Source: Nymphaea colorata (taxonomy: Eukaryota). Taken from it: a stretch of DNA of 64,000 bases. This document shows positions 25,125-38,400 of the stretch, one piece after another; position 1 is the stretch's first letter; the number at the start of each line of letters is the position of its first letter. The position numbers and the translations under genes are program-made. Under the pieces are notes generated by a model. That model did not search any database and was not told where the DNA came from. It saw only the letters and a list, made by a program, of their open reading frames with translations. Location: NCBI RefSeq assembly GCF_008831285.2, contig NC_045138.2:13454001-13518000 (forward strand). Direction: 5' to 3'.

Positions 25125-25884
25125 AACGACAAGCACCTTCATATTACGTGAATTCATGGATCTTATAAAATCAAGGGGAGGACTAACTCGAGTTCAAATG
25201 AATTTCAAGGTGCAGAGTTTACAAATAACGATGTAATACATGCAACTTCCATAAAAAGGATTTGAGATCCTTGCTAGAAATCAAAGAATATTTTAAATGT
25301 AAGATCCACCAAAATCTCATACCGCCTCGGGCTTCATATCTAAGGTCTTCATATCTAAGGTTTATGAAACATGCCACAAGGGTGAGAACAAAATTCAATT
25401 TTCACTAATAAAAATGTCAAAACCTTCGCTCGATCGAACTAACGCAACTGGCCAAGTCATTGATAGGGAAAAGAAATATGACATAAACCAACTTGCTCAA
25501 TGAACTGAACCCAATATTAAGTGGAGTTAAGGGCAGCTGCCATTAGGTTAGCTAAGCATGAAATTGAAGGCCATGCATTCATTATTTCATTATTTAGAGA
25601 CTCAACCTTTAGTGTATCGATTCTACTATGAGTTCTATATTTCTAGCAGCATAGCAGGTCAGAGCACATTTAGTTAAAGATAAAACACATACAATTATGT
25701 GTTATGCATGACAAAACACGTAACATATGGTAGATGGCCGGCAGAGCAAGCTTAAAATCTAGACTAATTAAGGTTTTAACCTTTTTGAATTGGAGATAAG
25801 CTGTGCTAAGCTTTACCAGGTTGTTTAAAATGCTTGCCCCAAGTGTGATTAGGCAGCCTTGCACACATCTTTATGGACCACTTG

Positions 25885-26116
25885 GGCAGTGTTTGGATGG
25901 CACCCTCAAAAAAACACGGTTTTGTGAAAACCTTATCGAAAACCCAGTTTTGTAAACTTGGTTTGGAAGTTTGGATGACAAGTGAAAAACTTAGTTTATA
26001 GATCGACAAAAAATAAGTCTTGAACCGAAAAACTTAGGGGGAAGCAAGTTTTTTTGGCCCTTCATGAAAACTAGGTTTTGACAAAACCCAGTTTTAATGT
26101 CATCCAAACATTCTTG
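25885..26116. mobile_element. Tourist/PIF-Harbinger-like MITE (degenerate)
   Basis: Inverted termini GTGTTTGGATGGCA ... TGTCATCCAAACA about 230 bp apart around an AT-rich non-coding interior. Confidence 0.6.
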
Positions 26117-28222
26117 AAATGGTGTTTTGGGGCAAACCCCCTTGGTTTGTAGCATATTTTTTTCAGTAAATATTATTAAAAAACATGAAAAAAAAAAGCA
26201 TGGGTATTACCTGATAATTCAATTGTGGAAAGTAACATATGGAACTTCTTTATTTATGTTATGACTTTCCAACAAACTACTTATGATGGTAATCGCAGGA
26301 TCCCAAGTTGATCGATCATCCAAAATCCAAACTGAAGTAAGAGAACTAAAATCCAAGGAAGAAATGGGGAGGAGAAAAAAGATTCAATTCCTTCAAGAGT
26401 AGAATAATTAGCTGGATTTCAATATTCAATGTCATCTCACTCTTGTTTGATATTTTGAACATATTTCTATTATTTAACCGGGAGTATGCAGACTGTTTTG
26501 ATCTGGACTCATTTGGTAGAGTCCAGCTTACTGGATAACCGGTGGACTTTATGTACGCTCCAAGAAACCAACTGCTTAGTTTTATGAAGCCCATAAGTTG
26601 AGGTAGCTCCAAATATGACGTTTCTGCCAAGCATCTTCGACAAAGGCTGGTAAACAAACCTAGCAGCTCGTCACTTTGGCTAGTTGAAAGATGTGCTATT
26701 GATTTTGCCGACGCTGTAAGTTAATGGCAACTTTACAATGGAGGGCAGTTACTTTTCTTTTTCTGTTTTTTTTCCGGCAGGCATGGTGAACAAACTGAGC
26801 TGCTTCTTTTTTGGCTTTATCGGACCCAATTAAAATTTACTCATTCTCATTACTAAACTTATTGACAACCCCTCATTTTTTTTTAAAATACACACGGCTC
26901 TTGATAATCAAATCAGGCAAAGCTAAAGCAAAGACGCTAGCTCAAAGTTGTCCAAGTTCCTGATTTTTGTCGTGCTTTTCCTGTCCAAATTCAAAAATTG
27001 CAGGAATTATGTACAAATTCTTGGGGCCTTGGGGATCAGGAACTGGTCCCGTTTGAGCAAGGATCAGCACTCCCGTACCACGGATCGGGGAAATGATGTC
27101 CCCGGCAAGGATATTTTAGTCACTATGGAGAACATGCGATCTGTTTCTCGCTTTCCGTACATCCGCTGTTCACTCCTGGTCCATAATTATAGGACCACGG
27201 CGGCTGCTCGAGATTAAAAAGACTATTGTGCCCTTTAAGCCCTCTAAGAGACGGTAACCGCTCGCGGTTACGTTTTTTCAGATGGTAAAAGTTTCAAATG
27301 AGGCATGAGCTTATGCCGAGTTTGGGGCAGCACCAACGATTGAACCGATGGATTTGAAACAAAGAATCAAATACTACATACGCGGAGTCCGGACCTCAGG
27401 CCTGGACCTTGACTTTGACATAAAGGTTAAAACCTTCGATATGTCAACTTGGTTAAAACCGTTGACATAGTGGGCGCCAATTAGGGTCCATGCCCAAGTC
27501 GCTACATAGAGTAACGTCTGCAGAGCAGGATAGACAATAGGATGGGGGTTTAAAGTTGCGTCATTGGCCCCTGTGGTAGAAAACGCACAAGAAAATTTGC
27601 TACCAAGCCACGAGTTGAAAGATACAGGTGCGCGTCGTCTGCCACAACACCAAAATAGAACGCGCAAGTCGAGTCAGAGATTTTTACCCTTCTTAGCGAA
27701 AAGAGAAAACGATATACTTTTGTGGAGTACTTTTCCGCCTTCATTTCAGGAATTTGTGAAGGGGAGAGGATCTACGAGCTGGGTCATTCTACTTATTTAA
27801 GTGTTCTCAGTAAAGACGTCCCAAAGAGCCAGGGCTTGGGTCGTCTGCTTGACACTCACACTGACGCGATCGGAAGAGAGAGAGAGCGAGCTCTTCCACC
27901 GTCTCCTCTCGGTCATGGAGTCTTCCCGATGTTGGTGAAGCACGAGTTTCTACTACCTTGAGGTGAGTTTTCCTTCATTTCTCTGTCTTTTTCATGTACC
28001 TTTTTCGAATACCAGCATGGAGAGTCGTGGAGAATCGGGATTTTCTCTAGGAATTGTCATCTGGGTCCGTTGAATTTCGTTGAGATTAAAATACCGTGTA
28101 ATTTTCTTTTCTTCTTTTTTCATTCGCAGGGTGGACATTCACTGAGAGGAGGTGATAATTTCGGGTTTCTGTAAGATGGGTGGCAAGGATATGGAGAATT
28201 AGGAGGTGGGGAGTCGGAGAGA

Positions 28223-28615
28223 ATGGATGAGGCGGAGCGGAAGGTCGAGTCCCTTCGCGCCATGTTGTTGGCGGAGAGGTCAAGATCGAAAATCGCCAGG
28301 CAGAAAGCTGATCAATTGGCGGCACGAGTAAAACACTGGCTTCCAATGCGTTTCTGAATCTCTGATTACTCTTGTGTTTGTGTTTGTTTGTCTCTTTTGA
28401 CAATTTTAGGTGTCGGGAAGCTCCTTCTATTTATATGTAATTCGTTGAAATTTCGAGTTTTTGGGCCTCCTCGATTTCCATCACATTTTCTTCTTTTGAT
28501 CAACCCCAGTAGATGATTTAGTCTATTTACTGCTCCGGTGATTTGACATGCAGATTTCATGTAATTTTGCTTAATTCTTGTCTGTCTTCCCTAGGTAGAG
28601 GATCATTTCTTCTGT

Positions 28616-28652
<37 letters not shown>

Positions 28653-31600
28653 GTCCGCATGTACAAACGTGTTTTCGTATTTTTGAGAGTAACTATTCAG
28701 AAGATTTACTTTTGCATATACACATAAAATAACCTGATTAAGATCATTGAAATATGAAACTGAAATTTATGACATTTCTGTCCATTTTTTCTTAAAAGGT
28801 CACAATAGGGCCATGTTCTACATGTTTGATCTTGCATGAATCAACTCTTATATTGTTACTTCTATAAATACGTAGGTTTTATAAGGGTTTTGAAAAACAA
28901 CGGCCTAAAATTCTATAAATATTTTAGCCAAAAAAAGACATTCTTTTATCCCAAAAAAACATATTTCAAGTGCCTATGCTTAGCAAATAGATCATGATAA
29001 ATGTGCCTACAGTGTTAAATTTGTGAAACCTTGTGGGTAAAATCCATCGATTTCATCATGTATATAGTTTGTTATTTGTTTATTTGTTTAACATACATGA
29101 TGTCTATATCGAGAACTCAGACTGCTGAGGTAAGTGGCTTTTGGCTTTTGCGAGAATTAGCTGCATTGTGGGCAAACCCCTGATTTGTAATTGCAGCCAA
29201 GCACTTAGCTATTGCATCAATCAATAGCCACACGCGTAATATATATGACATCCTCCCATCGTTCTGGTTGCATGTGCTTTTCGAATTTATTATGAAGGAA
29301 ACACGTGGTGTTCTTATTTTCTGCACTAACAACGGTAATGTCCCCTAGTGATTTTCTCACACTTTGCAAGTGGGGATGCATATTTCATGGTATGAAGACC
29401 ATGGTGAATTCATACACAGGACCTGACCAAGTAGTTTAACTTTGACTGTCACTTCTTCTGGTAGTAGCTACTACACTTTCTAGTAGAATTCTGTTCTTAC
29501 AATTGCTGGATGATTTTGCCAATTCTGTTCAATAGGAAGCACACCTGATACTTATTGTGCCATTGTATTTTTCTCTTTTGTTTTGGAAGGAAAGTTTCGA
29601 TGCATCATGTGGTGTTACTGAACATGCCTGCACATCAAGATTTCATAGCTTAATGCTTGTTACTGTAGTAAGATTCTTTGTTAATCTTCTCTATATTTAT
29701 TTGATTAGATACCAATAACCTTTATCTAATCAATGCGGCTACTAAGGAATAGGAGACCAATATTTATGTTTTTTGTGTATGTATAAGCAGATGTGAGTTC
29801 CATTCATATGTACATGCATGTGCATGAATAATTTGTTTCTCACTTGATGAAAATGGTTTTTGAAAATTGATGATTTTTTGAAATACTTCCTTATTTGTTT
29901 AATTTGTCGACAACTATTTTGTTCCTCTCTTGTGCTGCTGTTTTTGTTTTTGATGCATCGTGTGGAAGCTAAGCACATCCAGCTGAGTGCAGGTTATATA
30001 CATTTGTTCTCTGCATAGTATTTCCAGTTACTGTTTACAATGCTAACTTAAACCTTCTTTCAGCACCAGAGTGCTGCTCCACATGTTTATGTTGTATCCA
30101 GAGTTCAAGCCTGTCAGGTAGTGTAGGACTTTCTCTCTGCACGCACAATAACACACACACACACACATGCACATCCATCACCCAGTCCTGTCCGAAGTAT
30201 GTCGAGTCAACTTTTTGAGTCCTAATTCTCCATTATCTAATATCCAGAGGGATGTTTCTGCTACTCCACAGTCCATGCTGCTTCGTACTGCTTCCCTCCA
30301 AGTCCTTAGTGATCTTTCCTTCTCTTTTATTTTTTTCTCCTCTGTTTGAATTTCTATCTATGCATATAAACTTGAATATGTGGTCATCTTTTGGTCGAAC
30401 TTTTGGGGACTGTTTATGTTTTCCATTTAGTTGTAACAAAATTTAAGTTATTTCTGTAGTCCTTAGCTCCATTGATCTAGTGATGCAAGGATTGGTGTGG
30501 CTGTCATACCAGGTGTTTGTTGAAATTTTATTTTTTAATGTAATCCAAGTTCTACCACTGACCATTTTTTTCTTCCTTGTTTCTTTTCCTCCACCTTCTG
30601 TGCACTTCTTTGTTAGGTTTATGAATTAGAGACACAGCTCGAGATTGTGAACAATCAGAAACAGAAGGCTGAGAAGGCTGCTGCAAAGGTTCTCTCCATA
30701 CTGCGTGATGGTGGAATTATAGAATATTCTGATGAAGGTGAATCAGAAACTGGGGAACAAGCAATTTCATGTGAATATGAGGAAAAGAAACTGTTGACCG
30801 TGGAATGTCTTGGAATTGTAAAAACAGAAGGATGTTCACTATCAGATGCCATTAGAGATGAAGTCAAAGATGGTGAACTGGAGAAATTAAATGCATCTCC
30901 ATCAACATCTGCCAGTTTGTCTTGGACTAGCTCTGAAAGTCATTTTTCAGGCTCTCATGGAAATGGATCCAGAAAGAGCCATGAATTAGCAGTAAGACAG
31001 AAACAAGGCAATTTCGTTTCAGTTACTGCTTCTTCTCCCAAGCGACGCTTGGGCAAGTCATGTCGCCAAATAAAACGTCGGGAAATTGGTAGCATGAAGG
31101 AGCAAGGAGACACAGACTGCTCAAAATCTGAGACTCTTGTGGAAGGTCATCCAAATGACATGGAAGATGGGATTGGACCGCCTCCTTGTTCAGAGACTAC
31201 ACCAGAGCAAACATCTGGTGAGGAAAATTGTTGCGCAAAAGTTTTTCCAGAGGATACACAGGACATACCTCCACTTGAAGAAGGCAGTAGGTTAGACTCT
31301 GGCAGTGATGCAAGTGCGAGAGACGAAGATATAAAGATGGAAAGGATACTGGAGCAACAGACCCAGATTGTAGATCAATGCCAATCAGAAGAAAACTTGC
31401 AACAAGACCAGGAAGAGAAAGCCAAAGATGTCACCGTTTCTATAATGGTAGGCCTAAAAACCTCTGGATCTACTGTAGTCTAGTACTTAGTAGAAATGGA
31501 TTTTCATTCCTCTCTTGGCTTTGCTTTACCATGCATCCTGAACAACTTTCATGACAAAAATGATTTGTAGGATAAGCATCATGAGCAGGAAAAATATCTG

Positions 31601-32730
31601 AAGGTAAAACATTTGCTTTGAATATTTAATCATTAATACTACAATTTTAAATTAATGTCTGTTTGTGCGTCACTGCATCCATCATCTTTCTGTTCTCACA
31701 CCACTACTTTTCAGTTACTGAGAAATTGGTATGGACTTTATAGGTTCTCCCTGAACCTGCCGAGCATCCTGATGCTTCTATAAAGGCCATCACACAAGCT
31801 GCATCAGTTGATATTGAAAACTCTGTTGCCGATATGAAATCAACACCAGAAACAAACTGCAATAGAGAATCAGTGATCAGTACTCGTGTACATGATGTCC
31901 TGCCCAAAATCAGTCAAGACACTGCAAAAACAGAAATTGGATCAAATTGGAAACCTAGTCATGAGAATGAACATTCTTTCGAGGCTATTCCAGCTGACAG
32001 AAATAGAGATATTGCAATGGGTTTAGTTTCTAACAGTTTTGCCTCTGCACAAGCAGACAGCAATATATCAGTGAAGACATCTCCAAATGAGTTAAAATTT
32101 GGTGATGTTCTACGTAGAGATTCATATGCTGCCTTGAGCAAAGGGAAGCAACCCATGTTTTATGTGGAAACGCCTTCCCCAAGTACACCGGGCAGCTTAA
32201 GATCCCAAATGTCATGGCGTGGACCTTCAGCTAACCAGAATGCAGTGGTGGCTTCAGCATCACAAAGTCATTTTGGTAGCGCTTCGCCTAATGATTTAGA
32301 GGGCGTGTTGAAGAACCTACAGCTGGCTAGATTTTCCCTCCAATCGAGATTGGAAAAGTCATCACTCAGCAAGGGTAAAATAGTTGCTACAAGTGACGAG
32401 GCTAAGATCGCTGAAGAAAGCATGAAGCTGCCCTTTATTAGCTGTTCAGGGTTGTTCAGGCTACCTCCAAGCTTACATGATTCAGAAACTGGATTCAGCT
32501 CGCAGTCTTTGCATTCCAATTTGGTAACAAGGCCTGCACTTAGTGATCAACGTCGTCACCGTCATCGTGACTCCAGATTTCAGATTTCTGCTGGAAACAT
32601 GTATTCTTATGCACCCTCGATTGCTCCATCTGCATCATCTGCACAACCTCAATATGAAGATCCTTATTCACGCTTTGCTGGGTTCCAGTATTCTCATACG
32701 GATGAGCAGAACAGAAATTTTCGTTGTTGA
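28223..32730 (+). CDS. Uncharacterised plant-specific protein with N-terminal coiled coil (exons 28223-28327, 30617-31447, 31571-31603, 31744-32730)
   Basis: Phase-0 GT-AG joins give MDEAERKVESLRAMLLAERSRSKIARQKADQLAAR|VYELETQLEIVNNQKQKAEKAAAKVLSIL, with later VLKNLQLARFSL and GLFRLP. These resemble a conserved plant protein family of unknown function. A probable 5'UTR exon ends at 27962. Confidence 0.8.
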
Positions 32731-35463
32731 CAATTATTTTAAACCAGCCTTTTGTGCAAGGAATCCTGGGCAGGCTCTTCTAAAGTATTCTGGAGGTTGT
32801 TTAACTCATTCCGGCCCATTCTGTAGAATAAGGCTAGCAATTTCCTATCCTGTATTTGCTAAATTTTGTGCATGTCAGAGGGGGAATTTTGTTTTATTGA
32901 TGAAAGCAAAAACATGTAACACCATTATTTTAGATCGATGGTGATGTAGTTACGGGCTTTTTCAGTTTTGGTAAATCTTATGTTTATCGTTGTAGTTCAC
33001 CTGTTCTGTTGTATCCATGGCATACAATACACAAATATCAGTTTTAGTTCTTTTGGGTCTTCTGCATTTGCTTGGAGTTGCAAGATTTACCAATTTGTTG
33101 TTTGCATCTATTAGGGATCTATAGTTTGTTCATCGTAGACCTTAAGCTTCTTGCTTTTAGATGAAATCCCACAAAGCGGATGGTAGATAAATATGCCCCT
33201 CATGTGACAGTGGAGGAAGGTAGCTTGTCTTAGTTTTAGAACGCCTATGGCTGGATGGTAGATAAATATGCCCCGTCTCCTTAAACCACTCAGCTCCCCA
33301 AATTTAACATTTGGTGCAACACCGACCAGAATCATACACGAATGACACTCATTACGTTTCTCTTTTCCAACCAGCTATATTATGCCCTGATTGGTTAGAG
33401 AGTTCAACCAGTTCTAGACTCATTTTTTCCCTCGCTCTCTATGCTTTAGATTTCTAGGAATAGCACGAAAAAAAAAAGGACGGCTTCCGGGGACGGACGA
33501 AGAAGGATGAAACGGCTTTGCTTAGCAGCGTTTTGTTCAGAACTTCATGAAAATCTGCGAGTACTCGTCGGAACATGTTTCCACTGAAAATACACTGGAA
33601 ATGTTTCAAAATTGCATGTTTAAACCTTGCACATACTCTAGGGTACCGCACGCATTTACTTGAAAAAAATCTATCCACCTAGTGTTAATCCTTAATTATG
33701 TGTCGTGGCGTGGTTTAATGGAATCAATAATCCTTTCTTTTCCGGTCGGAAAGTGGGTTTACGCAGATCCGGTGCTAGGAAACACAAACAACTGCAACTC
33801 CGAAACCAACCGCTGGTGGCTTAGACACTTTCTTTGTTCAAAAGAAATCAAATTGTACAGAAGGAAAACAGACTGAACAGCAAAAGAAGCAGCAGTTAAA
33901 AGGCCAAAAGCACAAGCAGCAACTTCCATCGCTGCATCAATCCTTATGAAAAAATTTCTGAGCGTACCCATTTGTCAGACCTTTCTTCCTGTTGAAAAAC
34001 ATAAAAATGGAGATAAGAAATAATCTAACGTGGCTGGTCTTTAAACCACGAACGTCCACCATAGGCCTTTATCCATATAGTTTCGAGATTCATTATACAG
34101 CAGTCGTGCAACGTATCCTTCTGTTAGAGGAGCTATTACAGCACCTCGGTCTAAATCGAGATTCCGCAACCACTTGCACATTTTTATTTTCTTTGATGAT
34201 AGCTGCGTTTTCTCTTATATTTTCTCCCTGATTTTAGCATGGTCTTCCAAATATTGATGACACGCTAATTAGATGTGTCATCTACTTCATCTTAACTCTC
34301 ATCACACAGTTAAAGAGCCCTCGCATTTACCTTTTCGTTCCCCCTTCAGGCTGGACAATAGTTCAGAAAGGTCAGGTTTGCTACCCATGACTTTAAAAAT
34401 GGACCGGATCATCACTTTGATGAAAGGTAGCGATCTTTTTAGTCCAGGCCTACATTTATTTCAGGAAGTGATTTCATTCTCCATTGTCGCAGAATCTTTT
34501 CTAATTTGAGTCTCGCTTTAAAGTTAGGATTATTCCTCTCCGTGCGCATTATATATTGGTTTGAAATATGGACATTTTCCTACCCTAATGCAATGTTAAA
34601 AAACATAAAAACAGAGATAAAAAGACATAGTTTAACGTGGCTAGAGTAATTCTTGAACCACGAAAGGCCACCATGGACCTTTAACCATAAAGTGGTGTTG
34701 ATGATTTATTATTTAGAAGTCCTACATTTCTATCAAAGTTCTTAAACTTGTTATGCGAGCAAATGTGACATGGGCTCCACATCTCAACCCCATAAATTTG
34801 ATGTGTTAGAGACCGAGAGATCAAATTTCAACAGCCCTTTGATTACGTCAAATTTTTGGACCTGAGGGTCTGATTTAACAAGACTCACCTTATGTCTATG
34901 CTTCTAATAAACTGTGGATTTGAGAACTTATAGTTACCATTATACTGTAAATTAATGAATCTTAAATCGGAACGGAGGAGGGTCAGACTTGATTAAGTCC
35001 ATGAATTTAGAGATGCAACATTACAAATATACAGAGTATCTTGCAAATGTAAGATTTCATACTCTTATTCGAAACCAATATTCTATGATCTTCATCTAAG
35101 ATCTTGAAATCTTATATCTCTTTAAATCTAGTATCTAAGGTAGTAAAATTAAACACTCCGACCTTCAAAAAGGATCTGAGTTCAGACTTTGCCTCCCAGT
35201 TATATACTGTACATTGTTAAAGAAAATGATGTCAATAGGAGGTCCAATCTGAAAACTCACGGATCCAAAATACGCCTTTTCCAAGGAGGCATGGCTGACC
35301 AAGTATCAACAAGCCAGTACTATAAATAAGGCATGGTTGGCGCCTGCCATTGACGCAAATGAGACAGGTTGCTCGCTGCTGAGGGCGCATTCGAAAGCTG
35401 AATACTGCCGCTGCCGCCCCACATAGTGTGATAGTGAAGCCCGGAATCTTATGCTGCCACCTG

Positions 35464-38400
35464 ATGAATGGCGACGGGAAATCGATTGTGAGAGAGGTTG
35501 AGATGGGAGAAGGCGGAGGCCTCCTCTTTCCGTTAGGCAACCCTAAACCGAAAATTGTGGTAGTCGTCGGAGCCACCGGTTCCGGCAAGTCTCGACTCGC
35601 CATCGACCTCGCCTCCCACTTTCCGGTCGAGGTCGTCAACGCCGACTCTATGCAGGTCTCTCTCTCTCTCTCTCTCTCTCTTTTCTCTTCGACATAATCT
35701 TATTCTATGTTACTGTCCGTTTTTTCCTGCAACTAGGTGTACGAAGGACTGGATATCCTAACGAACAAGGTCCCGCCCGAAGACCAAAAGGGTCTTTCTC
35801 TCTCTCTCTCCCCCTCCCTGCCCTTCAGTATTCTGTTTTTAGTTGGAGGAGGTGATATGCTAACTCAAACGTTTCTTGATACGTCCGCTTTTCCAGAAAA
35901 GGGCGGACAATTTGGGAAAAATTGTGCTGCATTTGGTTATCTGTTGTGTCATACGAATGACGTACTTTCTTTCTTCGATTTGATAAATATGGTTTGAATT
36001 CACAAACTCACGTAAAATTGGGTTTATCGCATGTTTGCTTAGTGATATTGATTCAATGAGGTAAAGAAGAAGTTGGTAGTATAGATAAGGAGAAACTAAG
36101 ACGTCTCCACTTTTCCGAGAAATGTAGGATGTCTTAACTTATGGCGTCGTTCCTCCATTCGCTTTAGACACGATGTGGTATGACATCGTTGATTGGGTGT
36201 TTGATGCTTTTGATGCACTTAGCTGGGGAAACTAGGTATTACTTCTTGGAGTATGTCGGTGTCTTTTTCTGCCCCAAGCATCCTCAAACTCGTCTTAGTG
36301 AGTCAGTATTAACAGTCTTGCGAAACTCTATAGATGACACCTAGTTTCTTAATCCGTTTCTCTTTTGTTTGTTTGTGTTAGCCGTTAGGTGACATGATCC
36401 ACTGTCTCAGCCCTTTTCTGTCAAGTGTTTCTTTGTAATTTGAGGAATTAGTATTGATTATGGTCAGCACCAGATGCTCCTGATTGGCGCCAATACCAAT
36501 ATAGCAGTACGAAGACGTGGTTCTTAGCTGCTATTTGTTATTTTGTTTGTAATTGTCTGTTTTAGTTGCTTTTGGACTTGTTATAATCGTATTTGTTCTG
36601 GTCTTAAGCTAACATCCCGTGAACATGTTGATGTAGGAGTTCCACATCATCTTTTGGGGGTTGTTAGTGCTAATGTGGAATTCACATCAAAGGATTTTCG
36701 TGATATGGCCATTCCTGTGAGTATTTTATGCATTCTCTGCATTACCATGTTTGTTTTTTCTTTTGTTTTCAATCTCGTGCTCATTGTTTATTGAACTCAT
36801 GGGGCGTTAGAGAGTACCCCTGTCTGTTGTTGCATATGTCCTCTATGGATAATTGTGTGTTTGCTGATGCGACACTTACACATGTCCTATCTGGAAAACT
36901 TCACTTGTGAGTTGTGACTTTGTGCAAAATTTTCCTTTTCTGCTTAGATGTCGAATTCTTGACTAGTTGACTGACTAGCCGGTTGAGTTGGTTATCAACC
37001 AACTTGAGTTTCAAACCAACACCTAGTTAGGCAGTGGACTTTCAGAAGGGCATAGGCTGTGCCTTGTTGGGCACCTAGTTGACACCTAGGTGGGCTAGAA
37101 ACAGTAAACGAAAGAGAGAAAGAGGAGAAGGAGGAAAAGAAAAAGAAGAACAAGAACATGGTAAAAACGAAGAACAAGTAAACAAAGAAACGTACAAGCC
37201 GATGAAGAAGGAAGAAGAAAAGGGAAAAGGAATCTAAGATATTTTTTCACTTGTGTGCCTCGGCAGGCCTACCTAGTCAAAAGCCAAGGTTGAACCATCA
37301 GTCGCAATTAGTCTTTTTAGAGGCCTGAACAACCTGTGTCCAGCTTTTGATTTTGACAACTTATTAGTCTGTCCATTGTTTTGGGCTATGTTTATCAGCA
37401 GACTCAACAGTTGTTTATAATTTGTTCCAGGTGATCGATAGTATATTGTCTCGGAAGCATTTACCAGTAATTGTGGGAGGTACAAATTATTACATCCAGG
37501 TAACAACAGAGATTTGAACTTTTGTTTTTGTCTCCTTCTAGCCCCCTTTGCTTGCTTTAAATTTTTGTACAATTAAGTGTTTGTTCTTTGTCCATATGAC
37601 TTAAGCAACCACGAGTTCAGTCACAGTTTGTTAGGGTTTGGCTAAAAGTTTCTAATGCAGTCCGTATTCTTAACTGATGGCATGGGAAGATATCGTTAAA
37701 GGTTAACCGTTTGACCCTGGGCCTCATATTTTGAATTTCCAGATGGACAACAGATTGGTTGGAAGTTTGGAACTGCAAAATTGGTATCATATTGCATCAC
37801 AGATTTCCTAAACAATGATTAGAGTGTAGGTTGCCATTGTCAGGATGGAAGAGGGTAGGATGTGGATACACATCATGGATCATGGGATTCTAGTGAATCT
37901 AATCTGACCTTGAAGAGCTACGGTTGTCCAGGTATAAGAGTTGAGGGAAGGGTTTGTAAAAGGGTAGGATATATATATATATATATATGAGGAGCGTCAA
38001 AGCAGGCTTATTTTCCTTTTCACAGCTGTAATAGCATTACTGTTACAATTCAATCTGCACCAGAACCTTTCCTCTTGTGGAAAGATGCTTTCTTGGCTTG
38101 ATTTTGTCCTCTGCCTTTGAAAATTAGTTACCTGTTCTCATAGGAAATATAAGGGTACTGCAGATATCTGTATGGCAGTTTCAAGAGGTCAGAGTCCCAA
38201 ATTAGGAACTTCAGAAATTCTTGTCTACTTTATATATTAGGGACAAGCAGTTTGGCCATAGACAAAATATTACTCATCTTTTCATACTGGGTTATTTTAT
38301 CTTGTTTCTTCGTTCTTGGATTGTCTTGTATATCTATGCCTCTGCACGCATGGACAGGCCCTTGTGAGCCCATTCTTACTTGATGACCTGATGGAAGAAA

